A stretch of DNA of 64,000 bases from contig NMRA01000014.1 in assembly GCA_002633005.1 (NCBI GenBank), positions 734,955-798,954 of the forward strand, read 5' to 3'. Position numbers and translations under genes: made by a program. Source of the stretch: Phoronis australis (taxonomy: Eukaryota; Animalia; Phoronida). A model generated the notes under the pieces. The model saw nothing but the letters and a program-made list of their open reading frames with translations, did not search any database and was not told the DNA's origin. Shown here in pieces: positions 47,076 through 61,570 of this stretch (position 1 is its first letter; every line of letters begins with the position of its first letter).

Positions 47076-50000
47076 CTTAAACAACAACACTTGAAAGTAT
47101 TGATAAATGTCCGCATTGCGTGACAAACGAAACGTTTTTAAAGCTGCACTTGATGCAAGATACAAGAAGACAAATTATCTCAGAAGCAGTAACAGAAATG
47201 GTGGAAATTGTGAAACATGTTGGCATCTCAGTCCCCTTCTAAAACTGACATCAATTCACAGAGTCTAATGCAGTTATAAACCCACATTCCATTCAAGAAC
47301 CAACTTTTGATTTTAATAAGTTACTGCTTTAAAATTAAGAGTCAACATGTTCCTTACTCGGATGAGAAGTGATTTTTTAGTTTACAAAGAACAAATGGCA
47401 TGCTCAGCACATTACATGACACACAGTTAAAAGCCAACTTGTACGGCCCAGTCTCAACCAAAACAAACTCATTTCCAGATATTAAGTGGTCAATAGCAGA
47501 AAATAATTTTTGTCATGGAAGAAAGGTTTATAGACATTTTGAAAGAATAGTTTTCATGAAACAGTTTAGCCACAAAAGGAAACAGCAACCATATTTTTTA
47601 CACTATTGATGTTTATTTACTACAAACATAATCAACGTTACAGTGAAGCGTTACCAATTGTCCTAGTACACAATTATGATTTACACCAACTAAGATAAGA
47701 AAAATACCATTCATCCGACATAGAAACCTCACATTCACACAGGGATCAGATGCCTAGACTTTCAGCTAAATATACAGTTTTCAACTTTAAAATAATCTAG
47801 AATTTCTATTTTAGTCGATCTAAACTGGGGGGATAAATACTTTAGTCTACCGTTATATATGTGAAATTTAGTTAAACAAATTATGAAATTAATAATATCT
47901 GGTGTGCCAATTTTCACAAAATAACATATCTACACAAGTCAAATTACTGGCACAATCCTAATCAAAAGAACTGTGAATTCATATTTTATATTGACTTAAG
48001 TTATCTATCGTGAATGGACCAAGTAAATAATAAAAGCAGATTTGTTTTTGTATGAAACAAATTTTATTGCCCACTTGTGTAATTCATACCAGAAGGGTAA
48101 CCATCCAGACATAACTTTGAGACCTGAAGTAAATGTGGTTGAAAATGACTGTATACTGCATATGAAATTCCTTCAACAGCAGCTCTTCTATGTTGGAGGG
48201 ATTGTTCAGTCTCACCCACATAGCACTGGTCACATCCACATCATGTCAATTTCAACAACTCCCCCATTCTTAAATGCGCTACAGAAGACACAATGTCCCC
48301 GGCAACCACTAGCACTAGCAAATTCCCGACCGTGACTCTGCTAGACTCTAACTTGCTAGTGAAATGGTTTGAAATACGAGTGTAAAGAGTAAACGTACGA
48401 TACAATGAGAAAATTGACGTCACTCGAACAGCTTCCAGCTTTTACAAGCATAAACCATGAAATACAAGAAAAAATATGCAATCACATTCATTTTCAAGCA
48501 GACATTTTCTCCAGTCAAGCACTGCGGAAGCAGAAAATGAGAGCACTCCACACTTCAATTACACATAACCCAGTCGAAATGTTCATTGCTTCCAGATGAG
48601 CATGCTTTTGTGTAACTGTACAACTATTTTGCAGAAACACTAGGTCATTTCAGGTTATTTTATGCCATCAAGCTCAGAATGTGAGACTACTGTACCATTG
48701 TCAACACTTACCAAGGTGTGTCAGCGAAGCAGATGAAGAATTGAGAGCCGTTGGTATTGGGACCAGCATTAGCCATGGACAGTGTACCTGTAGTAGAGTA
48801 ATTTACATGTAGTCATAACAACCAACACGTCATGTTTCTTCACAGGGGGTCGGCTTTGGTGATCCCAAGCTTAAAAAATGTCATCAACGATTACCAGTAG
48901 CAACTTAAACTGGAACTTCACAAGACTTTAGTTGCTCAACTCGCAGACAGTGACCTAAGTTCCTGACTTCAACGATTTTGACGTCAGTTTTGCCGATTAC
49001 GTTTGGCAACCTGGAATTTTCGCAAATCCCAACTTGGCATCAAGCTATGCACGGAGCACCGTTAAGATATCAACTAGACAACAGGACAACTGACAGGTTT
49101 CCTAGATTTAATACCTTTGGTTCAGATTTTTTTTTGTGAAATCTGTACGTTTGCCACTCAGCTGTAAGCACACATCAAACGCATTTAAACAGGAAATAAT
49201 TAGACGGAAGTCGGAATAGTTTGCCAAGATGGCCAATGCCGTTTACCTAAGCGTCAAGCATTGGCTATTCATGTATTTCTGAGTTGTATTTTAGTTTGCT
49301 CACCCTTACACAATCGAACTCATTATTATCCCTTTTTAATGGAGAACGCAGACGATCAGAAACACTGGAGGAGTGCATTTCATTGTCCGAACATGCCTGG
49401 TTTTTGCCAAGCCATTTCAACTTTAGCCTGTTAACTTTAGTCTGTTTAGTTCTTGTTGTAATATGAGCGTGTTTGATACGTGTTGATTAGGGCGGCAAAT
49501 GTATTGATTTCATGACAAAAACAAAACAATTGTGAACCAAAGGTATTGAATCTAGGTAAAAATGTAATAATAATTTAAAGTTTGGACGTCACCACCAATT
49601 CTGAAATGAATTTTGGGTGAATTATTGTCTGACTTTAATACTCATTGTGGCGACTTCAAGGTGATTTGGAAATTTTCCCAGGTCGCCATGCACAATTTGA
49701 AGTCGCATTGATCAGCTGCAGGACGCCAAATGAAATACTGAATCGTTAGAAAGTTCACGAATTGGTCTTTCAGGCTATTTATTTTTTAGTGGTTGACCAG
49801 CCATTTCCAAGCGATTAATAGCCGTAGCTGGGGTACCTAATAGCTTCCCAATCTACTTTCTCCCCTTGTTTTATGAATATGTCATTTTACACTACTGTGC
49901 ATCAGTTTGACAAGCATGTAACAGAAAACGGTACACTTTTACCTACCTCTGCCTCCGTGTTTTCTGGAGAAGTTCTCATCCTCAAACTTGCTCCCATAGA

Positions 50001-53000
50001 TGCTTTTGCCCCCAGTGCCATTGTGATTGGTAAAATCTCCCCCTTGTGCCATGAAGTCTGTGATGATACGATGAAAGCTGCAGCCTTTGTATCCAAACCC
50101 TTTCTCCCCAGTGCATAGTGCTCTGAAGTTATCTGAAACATCACATCGTGATCAAATATTACACTTCAAATTTAATTAGATCACTTTAAGTTAGTTTATG
50201 TTTACTGGTAAAGATCGGTATTCTACCAGAACTTCCGCACTCAACGTGTGTCTACCCAGGACCTGATTGCTGTCTGGTAAGCGAATTTCAATATATGGCG
50301 CAGCTACTTCGAAAGTCTGCTATTGAGGATTGCCATTGTACAGGCAAACTAGGGAGTGCTGGTGAGTCACTTTTCACTTTATTGGTTCCTTGGCTCTTTA
50401 AATCTTTACCTGATCCTGTTAAATTTGATCATTGAGATATATTTTTGTTAACTACACAATTCAACAAAATAATAGAAATTAACAACACAAGGAGGAAACA
50501 TCACAGTCACTCTGGTATTCATACCTCCCAGGTTTGCATGAATTCTAATTGCAGTGAACTTGCATGGGTCTCAAAAAACTGTCGGGGATGATTCACCTTA
50601 CTAATACATTTTTCCATATCTTGAAATAAAATAACATTGAATGGTTAAATGTGTTGAAAACGTCTCATTCTGTGAACTCGGTCCGGATTGAACGTCAGTG
50701 CAGTGGCCATACAAAACAACCTGCCATGAGCAATCTGCAATCTGCTGCTCTGTATTCCTGGCAGTCAGTGACTGTCACTCATTGTGGTCTCAAGTGTGGC
50801 TGCGAGAGCATGCGCTGCTCCTACAAGACGCATAGGATGACCAGCTCTACTGTTTACCCCGGTTAAGTGGCGTTCGCGTTGATACTCAGTTGACATAGTG
50901 GTAACGAGTTTGAAATTAGTGATGACAAGTTTGGTTACCCTGTGCCAGATTTGAATTTCATGCGGTGAGTTTCAAATATTGCCCGTTGGAGTTAATTCAG
51001 CACTCTGGTAACAAAGCAAAAACAGAATTTTTCGCATTAGAAATGCAAAAACTGACAATTTTAACAAGAGTTAATGTAGAGGCTCGGCAGTTATGAACTA
51101 TTATTGACAATCACTGGAGTCCACTACTCCACTACTCCTAACAAAATGTGACATAACTTCATGTGGTCAGCTAGTTTTTACTATATCTGCTCCATCTTTG
51201 GTGTTGTATCTTAACATCTTAAGGAATGCTTTGATTATGTGGAGCATAAACCTTATTTTGATCTTGAGTGACACCTTGTGGCTACAATCGGACAATTGTT
51301 CAACTGGACATGTCACCGAAAAGCAATTCCATGAACAGTAATCGTTTGCAGAATAAAAGCACGACCCATAGGCTAACAGCCTTGACTAACAGAGAACAAC
51401 ACCGAAAGACAAACAACATTCAGTAATTAGATATTATCTACAGAAGCCTATTGTTAAGACCAGTTTTGACCCATTAACAGATACTAAAAATGACTTTCCA
51501 ATCCAGTTCTCTGAAACACAATCATGCTCTGTAACCCTCAACAAAGGGAGGAAAATTTGAGAACTCTTTTCGAAGTCTGTTAAACCAGTAAGCTTGACCT
51601 ACGCTTTTATCAAATTATCACCAACAAAGGACCATAATGTCCACTCTGTGACATAGGGAGTATGAGCTTTTAGTCAATTCCTGCCTGTAAGCTGGAAGAT
51701 TGATGACAGTGATGCATTTATCAGATGACAGGACTAGGGTTAGTTGAAATCGTTAAAATAGAGTTTAGTACCCTTTTAAATAACATTAACTTGATTTGAA
51801 AAATTTATAGAACAAAAAATAACAAATCTAACAACACCAAAAAAGTGTACACAACAGAAACATAGATTAGCATTCCCCTTATAGATATTGTTGTAAAGAC
51901 ATAGTATTCACTACTGTAGAAAAACTCTGAGGTCATGTGTGCCAGATGAACTAGCGAGATTACATTGAAATGTCTATAGAACACTGGAATGTATCATTCA
52001 TTATTACAATGTTCGGTTGTTCAGTATGTAAACATAAAAAAACATAACTGACACTACAGATCACAGCAGCAGCCAGATTGGCCCAAATGTTGACGTCAAC
52101 AATTGTTAGCTAAACAGGAAATCATAATGTCCTTGAAGAGGTTTACAGCGGTGACTGTCGGATGCCCAGAAAGATGATGCTCGCACTGTGGGAGTCCCAC
52201 GTCTGTATTAGTGGGCACATAAAATGACCTGCATATATATTCCTGAAGATGTAAGCAAAACAGGCTGCAGAATAAATGCAGCACGGAGTAACTCGAAATT
52301 CCCTAAACATTATTAAATTGTAAGTCAAATACAGAAAATGGAATTTGTGCCAAAATCCAAATCAGAAAAAACAATACTTTTTTGATAGTAAAAAATATTT
52401 CTCTTCATTTGAAAGTAAAAAAATCAGAATTTCTACATGACACAAGCACTCCTGTAGACACACATGGCCTGAGAGGCATCTGGCAGCATTTACGGTTTAA
52501 AAACCTACAGCTACAGCCTACACTACTTACCACATGTCTTTGGGGTAACATCCTGGTACATCTACAAAAAAAATGTATGCTCTTAACAAACTATTTGCAG
52601 TTTTTTGCACGCATTGATTTCAAGACATGAGCAATAGAGAATATTCAGCATTTCCCCGTGTGTAAAAATCTGGGCAGTTCACCACACCCCCTTTTGGTCC
52701 CGTCACTCGTAATCTTGCCCGAACTGGTCGCTACACATATAATCCCGAGGGGAAAACTTCACCACTATGCAAAAAATGTTAGTAGAATGAATACGCAATA
52801 CACAAGTTACATGGCTACTAACAATGTTTAAGCATCTAAAAAAACCAATACAATTTTAAATCCACATTTTGAAATCTCTCCTTGTTTAACATAATCATTT
52901 CATTCCTTTTCCTTCCTCGAGCTCGCTTAGTAGCCTGACCAACATTCGGTAGTACTCAGCCAATTCACAGCAATATTGAATAGTCGAGGCACCAGGCAAT

Positions 53001-55373
53001 GAATGACCTAGACATTAGTTTTCTAAAATTGCAAAGCGCCACTGAACACTGCTGAAATGAGTGAAAAATTGATAATTTTTTTCATTTTATAGTGTTTAAT
53101 GTTTACAACAATGACAATTACATTGCACGAAATAGTCATCAATTTAATGAACCATAGACAAGTCTACATATTTTTGAAGTGGTAACTGGTTCTTAAATCA
53201 ATTTCAAATCAGGGACCCACCTATCCGACTATTACTGAGACGGTGGTAAAGCTTCGCTTAGCTGAACGCCAAGTTGCATTTGACGACCTGGCAAAAATCC
53301 CAGGTTGACAAATGAAATCAGACTTACCAAAACAGAGAATCTCGAGTGGGCGCCTAAATCAGTATGAAGCCATTTCTCCTGGCGTGCGCAGTGTTAAAAA
53401 TCGTAAGTTGCCAATTTGGGCAACTGCTCCAAAAAGTTTGATTATGTAAGTATTTGTTAGAGTTGGAAGGAATTAAAGGCATCTGGCATAAGAAGCGCCT
53501 ATAGGAGCTTTACCGTCCCGACTGTAGGGAGTGACCAGTCTCTAGCTGGCCCCAATAGAGACAACCAAAGTATTTCAGGAAATTATGCATCACACTGTTA
53601 TAAGTACCTTAAGCGCTTAGAGGGACACCTTAGGAGGCTGTCGATCGGATATCTTGCTTCCAACTTGAACAAATACTCCCGTGATCAAACTTTTTCTTAG
53701 AGCAGCCCATTCAGTTGCCACTGGTCATTTTTGTCACTGTGCGCGCTTCTATTTTTACCGCCTCTCAGGAGCTTCACTGTCTCCACTAAAACCACCTAGA
53801 GACAGTGGTTCACTGCCTATAATGGGGCCAGCTAGGGACAGTGGTCATTGTAAATCGAGACGGTGGAACTCCCAATATGCAAACGGTCAAGTTAAATCTA
53901 CCATTTGTAATTGTTTCGGTGTTCCCTTATGATGGCATTAGGTAAGAGCAAGACTTATCTTAAATGTCAGTCAAATTTTCTTAAGTCTGTTTCTAAAAAG
54001 AGATATTAATTTTGACTTAAGTTCGTCTTATCTCTCAACTAGTATCACTTCACACTCGAAGTCGAGAATTTTGAAGAGGCACATGATATGAAATAAAAAA
54101 GTGCAATGATGAGGCATATTTAAGTACTGGACAGTGACCACTATCACCTCCTACAGGCGCTTCATACGCCAGAAGCTTTTTGGCAAATTATGCCTTGCAC
54201 CGACTAAAACATCTAAGTCACATTGTTGTAAATACCTTTTGCTCACAAAGGGACACCTTAGGAGGCCGTCGATGTATGTAATTCCTTGCAACTCGAACAA
54301 ATACTCCCGATATCAAACTTTTTCTTCGAGCAGTCTCTTGTTCAATTCCCAAAATCGTTAACTCACCCTTTTTAACACTGCGCGCGCTAGGTGGTATGAC
54401 GTCATATCCCCTGGTGCGCACAGTCTTAACAATGGTGAGTTACCTATTTTGGGAACTAAACGAAGGACTGCTCGAAGAAAAAGTTTGATAACCGGAGTAT
54501 CTGTTGGAAGAAATTACCGATGACATACGGATGTATGGCGCTATCCACATCGTGACTTCACGCTACAAACCAGCAATTTCCGCACCGTCCTTGACCTCAA
54601 ACTGTCAAAGTGCGACGTGTGTTTGGGCTTTTTGGGAACATTTTTGTGCTTTGAAGTTTGACAGCTAATTTCTTGCGAACTCGCTGGAGCAGGACACCGT
54701 AAATGGTATTATAAGAAAGAACAGTTGCTCATGATTTGTTGAACCCCCGTTTTGTGTAAATTTATTGAGTTATGTGTTTGGTATGGACGGCGGCATCGAA
54801 GCACCCGTGGAATTTCTAGTCCCGAGTTTCATATGTAGTGTATTGGGGACGCGAAAAGAAACTGAGGACGCCTGTGTGTGATCGGATATAGCGGTCCCTG
54901 ATTTAGAGAACCAGTTCATCCACTAAATAACGGGACCGTTTTTTCAGTGATTGGCTGGTTCTCTAAATCAGGGACCGCTATATCCGACCAGTGCCGTGGA
55001 AGTTTTAAAATTTCAAAGTTGAGACAAATCTTAGACTTATAAACAGTGAGTGATGTAATACGATGACTAAACTAAATGGAGCAAAAACACAATAACACAT
55101 TCTGCGACATCCAAACAATAACAGTAAGTGATGTAATACGATGACTAAACTAAATGAAGCAAAAACACAATAACACATTCTGCGACAACTTAGTTGAGTC
55201 AAATTAACTTTGAAGTCAGTTTCTTGGAACGGGCTATGGCCTACTGCAATCAATGCCAATGAGAAAGCTGGTGACCAACCTTCAAGCTAAAACAAATTCA
55301 TACTTACCAGCATAACCAGTCTTCCCGCAGGTTTTTCGTCAATAGCAATGTCGAAAAAAACCTTATTTGCCAT
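46916..55373 (-). CDS. Cyclophilin-type peptidyl-prolyl cis-trans isomerase (PPIA/PPIF-like), 5 coding exons, 172 aa
   Basis: Exons 55373-55308, 52561-52531, 50132-49947, 48787-48712 and 47075-46916 splice GT/AG in frame to [172 protein letters not shown]. Residues equivalent to CypA R55, F60, Q63, F113, W121 and H126 are present. Confidence 0.96.
48712..48787 (-). CDS. Cyclophilin exon 4 (76 nt)
   Basis: [26 protein letters not shown]; tacag acceptor and TG|gtaagt donor. Confidence 0.97.
49947..50132 (-). CDS. Cyclophilin exon 3
   Basis: [46 protein letters not shown]; tttcag acceptor and G|gtaggt donor. Confidence 0.97.
52531..52561 (-). CDS. Cyclophilin exon 2 (31 nt, [10 protein letters not shown])
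   Basis: ttttttgtag acceptor and G|gtaagt donor. A 31-nt D-V-x-P-K-T exon is conserved in cyclophilin genes. Confidence 0.92.
54301..54500. mobile_element. Foldback/palindromic MITE centred on TATGACGTCATA
   Basis: ~95-bp imperfect inverted arms. Related fragments at 53380-53720. Confidence 0.7.
54882..54987. mobile_element. 106-bp hairpin MITE with perfect ~32-bp inverted repeat
   Basis: tcggatatagcggtccctgatttagagaaccag ... ctggttctctaaatcagggaccgctatatccga. Confidence 0.8.
55042..55187 (+). repeat. Tandem duplication (~68 bp, period 78)
   Basis: aacagt.agtgatgtaatacgatgactaaactaaatg.agcaaaaacacaataacacattctgcgaca occurs twice. Confidence 0.85.
55308..55373 (-). CDS. Cyclophilin exon 1 ([22 protein letters not shown])
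   Basis: ATG in ACAATGG context; VFFDI..D..P.GR motif; CTG|gtaagt donor. Confidence 0.92.
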
Positions 55374-58300
55374 TGTAGCAAATCGTCGAATTCCCTGGTA
55401 TAAACGAATTTTGACGGAGATTCCAACCACCAAGTGCCTGACCTTGGAATTTACCGGCAAATCGATGGCTGAAGACCACGTGATTTATCTTCCTGCCACG
55501 AGAAATAATACTGCAATCCAAATTAGCATTTAAATAACTTTCTGGGTGATTCAATTTTAAAACTCTGTTTAAAATGCCAAAAAATCGTATTTTGACGAAT
55601 TATGGGCAACTGATAGTAAAATAACATGTGGCCTATTTTTATCGCGCATTACTATTGATACTGATGCACAAAGGGGGCTACATGATTTTGTACTTGAGAC
55701 CCCATTACTGTCCCAAGAATTTCTTTGTTGTCGGCTAGTAAACGCACTGTAGTGTGAATCCGATCACCAGGCACTCTAATGCGTCCACGAAACACCCAGA
55801 AACCTATCGCGAACCCAATTCAGCAGGTGGCACTGAACAATATTTGGCTGCAGCCAGCTTCATTCATTTATTCATTGAAGAGTGACGTAAAACATATTTT
55901 AATATAAATCGACTTTGCACCAACGTCACAGCTGCGGCCAAGTATACCGCGGTTTTCTATAGGCCTACTGATGTCAGTCATTTTTAGATAATGGGTAGAC
56001 CAGTAGACACGGGCACCAAGTTGAAACTATACCTTTTAGGTTCCTTTTAACAATTTTCCCTTAATTTGGCACATTTGTGGTATCCAGAGGAGTAAAAAAA
56101 TAGAGAAAATCCCATAGGCCATACCGCGCCTACTATTTTCTCTCTGATTCACCGTGCGTCAGTGATCGAGTGGCCGGCTGCTCCTCGTCAGTGTCAGCAT
56201 TTTCATGTTGTTACCTAGGGCAAGAAAGGATTGCTCTCATCGTGTCACTATTTCGAAAAATCAAGAAAATTTCAATAAGACAATTTTGCAAATACAAAAC
56301 TTCTTTTTCCCTGAGAGGAGCCTTTTGGCAAAGAGATAGGGCCTAACACGGAGAGAGTAGCTCAGTAGGGGCCCAGACCTAAACTGAAGGGGGATATATT
56401 GGCGACATTCAAGTGGCCACCCTTTTCGTGTTTTTATAGACAAATTCTTAAGGGGCCGCTCTCGGAGAGAGGGCCCATGCAATGTTGGAATCGAGTATAC
56501 TACCGAGCCCGGCATTTCGATCGGTGGTTTTTGTGAAATCCGCGTACAACTGCATCATACGCACTNTCGTACGGGTCTGAAAATAAACATTTTGCTTATA
56601 GTTACTAGCTGGCAGTACCCCAACAAAGATAACGAGAAATTCTTGGGTAGGCCGGGTTCGGGGTCAGTTTTCAGGGGCGGATCCAGCATTCTGAGTGGGG
56701 GGCTATGGCCGGTTGTACGAAACAGTCCCAAATATGGACTCAATAAGGCTCCAAAGTCTTTTTGCGTTTTTGTGTCTTTATGGACTCACAGATGCAGTAT
56801 TTTTTCTATCAGTAATTTTTCATCTTAATTATTATGAGCTTTTCTTTGATGATTGACATTTCTCTTTGATAATTGACATTTTCTAATAATTGAACTATAT
56901 ATTGAGCCCAGATTGAAAATAAATAGGGACTCACTGAGTCCTTAAGTTGGGGTTGTTGCATGAAAAGACCCCTAAATACTATCGATAATATTGACAATTC
57001 AACGGCCGGTAGAATTCACTCTCGACTTGTATCAAAGTCAAAAGTTTACTTAGTAATAAAACTAAAATAATTTCAAGGAAGGGCAATGGATGTTTTCAAA
57101 AGTCCAAAATCACAGTAGATTTAGGGCCGAACATAGTTGAGACCCTATTTGGGACTGTTTCATGCAGCCGAACACAGGGCCACCTGAAGCCAGGATTTTG
57201 GCCTTCAGACATTCGCACCACCGAACTGCCAAATAGAATCTTAGGGGCCATGGTCGCCGGATGCCCCCCTTGACCCCCCTCTAAATCCTCCTCATTCTGG
57301 TGAGGTAAGTGTATGAAGGCTCAGAGCATGAATGTGGTTTGTTTGCATTTGTGAAAATGTTGGGAATGAGAAAAGACCACTTGCTCGGCTGGGGTGGCCC
57401 CTGCTGTTGGATTGCTGAGTAGCGACTCAGTCATGTCGCGAGCTGCGATTGAGACTTAGCCCTCAAACAGTAGATGAATCCCTAAGTTCCAGAATTGCAA
57501 AAATGTTGGTTGACAGCACTTTGCACCACATTTTTGGAATCTGTAGGAAATTTGTTTTCAAAATCTAATGTGGGCTTATGTCGGCAGGGAAATGGTGGTC
57601 ATTTTTGGTTGAAAAGTGCCAATTCTGTGTTATAAGTGCCCGGCCCCTTTCAATTACAGAGCCTACCTCTTATAGTAGGAGGGAAAGGGCCAAAAATATA
57701 TTACACAATAAAGTTTCTGTGTTTTTCTGTAGGGCTTTTGGTGTGAAATAACTCAAAACATGTCATTAAAATAAAAAAAATTGTAGGCAGTCTAGTACAC
57801 GTTAACTGTAGCCAGACGGCGGCGCAAGCCGCTCACAGGTGCCCCCCCCCCCCCCCCCCNGGAATCGTTTTATGCTTTATTAATACAAAGATAAAACCGA
57901 GCCGATCGTAGCTGGTGTTTGAACTTTTGTGTCATCTTAGTGTCCCCGCAATGTCTAACAGCGGAGGGCAATTTTTCAGTTTGACAATGGATCGTATAGG
58001 TGAACAAAATAGACTTCCGGTACGAATTCCGTAAGAGTTATACCATAAGAAAACCGCCTTCGTCAGTTTTTGATAGTGTATGATTATAGCAGAAGCAACT
58101 GATAAATAATTTAATTCATAAATAATCATCATTTCGCATGGCAAATTATTTTTATTCTAAAAACCAAGAGTGTTACCAAATGCGAAAAACAACAGGGTGT
58201 AATCGTAACTTTAAAAAGGAAATGAATCAGAGAGGTTATACACATGTATTGACAAATTAAACCGGCATAGACATTGTTTCGATGACTCAAAAGATATCAG

Positions 58301-60984
58301 CCTTATCAAGACAAAGTTTTTAAAATATCGACCCCTTAAGTTGGTGTGACGAATTTAGCCAGGCATCCACTAAAAATTATGCATCAATTATGTCAGTTGA
58401 GCCTTTATTTCCGTTTGATACAGTTCTTCAGTAAAAATTCATGAGGCAATACTATTTAAAAAAATTTGATAAATTAATTACTCCAACTACCTTTCCGAAA
58501 TTTGCAGATAAGGAATTTCTGGTGGATGAAAGATGAGCAAACATCGTGTAGTTTTGAAATGTACTGTGGATAGATCATTATATAGTGTATAAATTTCCTT
58601 AGTAGTTTGTAAATCAATTCATTTCTTGAGAAAGAGATCTGCAGTGACGGATTTAGAGGGGGCTACGTCCCCTCCCTAAAATTCTCCTGGATCCATTTGG
58701 CATTTCGGGGGCGCGAACGTCTGACGGGCTTTATGACCACCAATGCCACATTTTATAACCCGTTTCAACGACTTCTCTGAACAACAAGTGCGAATTAACT
58801 AGCAATTGCCTTTACAGGCAAATAGGTTGTTACATTCAAACCAAAGGTCACGGAGAGCAAGCACTGCGCGGTCTATCACGTAGAGCGGGTCACTATCCTT
58901 ACATATTATACAAAATATATGTTGATCTACATAACGATTTTGATTTCCTTGCGGGTTTTTATATAGACAAGACATTTTACGTTGTCACCACGACTTATTA
59001 CCAGTAGTCTCTATGACAAGTAGTCCGAGCATAGTCGCAATAGTGACGAGCAAAGCGCGGTACAAGAGAACGCAACACATACATAAAGTGATTGTCAACC
59101 GCTGCAAGCTGCAGCGTTCTCCATGAAGCGGACAGACACGGTTCATTAAAGAAGTTACACAGAAGACTTCCATGTTTATTCCAGTCATAAATTAGAACAG
59201 CTAAAAACAAGCCATTTTTTACAAAATTAAGCACAGTACAATGACTACGGCGTGGTATGGTCACATAGCGTGCATTCAATATAACAAGGAGTAGGACAAC
59301 TTATAAGAACAATATACACAGAAACTATGAAATAAGAGCATCACCAAATGGTTGTACTGGCAACTAATGTTGTTTTTTATTCCTCAAACCACAAAATTCA
59401 TTTTACAAGGCATGCAATTTTGTCTCTGATTACACAAACCTGGCCCACAATCTGCCAGACCTGCACAACTGAGTTGGTTACTGAATTCAAATGCTCCACA
59501 TAATACCTGTTTTCCCTTGACTATTGCATCTACAATTTTCACCATGTAAAACTAAGCCACAATTTTAATAAGTTACCCCTGACAGTGCATTAGCTGGCAT
59601 AAAAGATCTTTGGTACCAGTACTGAATATGTGCCAAATCAACAAGTTTTATTCTTCGAATTAAGAACAAACTTTGGCATTTTCCTACTTTTTATGCTTTG
59701 TGAAATCAATTTTGTGACTCCATGAATGCAAAAAGCACCATTATTTCCAGGAATTTCATTCCTTGGTACCTATATTTCATTTTTTGCGTACATTCTGAGA
59801 CACCCTGTATACTCACTGTACTAAAATCACGAGATTTCTTTCTCAAAATTCATAAACGACAATAATAGTAATATAACTGTAACGACACATCTCAAAGTGC
59901 TCTAACAGAGTTCAAAATGCACAATATATAAACTAAAGCCAATTTCCTTGAAATTAGCCATTTTTCAACCAAATTAAGTGGTACATTCCTGATAGCACGG
60001 CTCTGATTGATAACAGCCCCTAAAGTCAACTACTCAAATACCTTAAAAGATTGCACACTTTAAAATAAAATATAACTCAAAATACATAGCTCTAAAATAA
60101 ATTAAGTTTTCCAAAGCACAACACAGCAGTAAGGCAGACTGCTCACTAAATACACATAAAAGTTTTACATTAATTCCCCAGGGGCAAAAATACAGCGCTC
60201 AATTATCAACACTTATGTATACATCTCCAAAGGACACAAATAGGCATGCATCAGCAGAGGATGCAGAAAGGTATGAACCTGCAGATGGACGAATTGTGAA
60301 TTCATCTATAGACGGAACAAAGTGACTTTTAAGACCTGAAAAGACTCTATTTTGTGTCCAAGAGTGAAAATTCTTAATTGCTGCAGGGGGGAATTCTCCT
60401 CAATAAGGAGACCTTGCTTTAAAATTTCAACTTAAAAACTGGAGCTTGTAAATAACAGAAACCCTGATATCTTTCATTGTTTCATGCACATTTGATCTAA
60501 TCTTAAGTTTGCACAAAAGTGGGCACCCATTATGGAGGGCTACCAGCTACCCTACAGATTCGCATATTCTACTTTAGTGACACACAGTTGGCAACAGACA
60601 AACCGACAAAAACCAGCTTTGCCAGTAGGACATGGTTGACAAGCCATGGTAGTCACAGTCCAGACATGGTTGCTTGGTTAACATCAACACCTTGACAAGC
60701 CATGAATCGGTTGAAAAACCATAAACCAATTGACAAGACAACAACCATGGCAGACAAAATCCAGAGAGATTCTTACACCGACTACTTTAGCTAGAACTAA
60801 ATATTGATAATAATAGTGTAATTATGATTTATTTTACGTGCTTCTACTTCTAATTTTGAGCATACTTGGAAAGCAATCCGAATGAAGCACCCTACCTACG
60901 AAGCACTCAAACGCAACTATACCAATCAATTCATACATTTAAAGCAGACATCAGTTGCTGCATGTGACAGAAAAAATCTAAAAA

Positions 60985-61570
60985 AAAATGTTATGAGAAT
61001 CTAGCATATCAGTTGGAAGAGAAAGCCTGATACAAAGCAAGCCACGAGCATTATCTAAAATGTTATTATGAGAATCTATCACATTAATCGGAAGTGTATA
61101 GTACCCGAGAGCTAGCCACGGGCATCAGACAAACTGTTGTGAGAATCAAGCACATTACTTGAAAGAGAAAGTCGGATACAATGTGCATGTCGCATGAAAG
61201 CTAGCCACCGGCATCAGACAAAATGAGAATTAAGCACATTACTTGGAAGAGAAACTCTGATACAGTGATATAACACATGAGAACTAGCCACGAGCATCAG
61301 ACAAAATGTTATGAGAATCTAGCACATTAGTTGGAAGAGATAGCCTGACACAGAACGTATAACACACGAGAGCTATCAACAGGCATCACACAAAATGTTG
61401 TGTTAATAAAACATTAGTTGGAAGAGAAAGTCTGATACAGAGTGTATAACACATGAGACTTGGCCACAGGCAGCAGACAAAATGTTGTGAGAATCTAACA
61501 CATTAGTTGGAAGAGAAAGTCTGATACAGAGTGTATAGCACATGAAAGCCAGCCATGGGCATCAGACAAT
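60985..61570 (+). repeat. ~88-bp tandem repeat (6-7 degenerate copies)
   Basis: Recurring aaatgttatgagaatctagcacattagttggaagagaaagtctgatacaga...agccac..gcatcagac. Confidence 0.85.

Noticed and set aside
47076-55307. Intronic C/D snoRNAs in the cyclophilin gene
   Set aside because: TGATGA-like boxes near 48881 and 53136 have no properly spaced CTGA and terminal stem.
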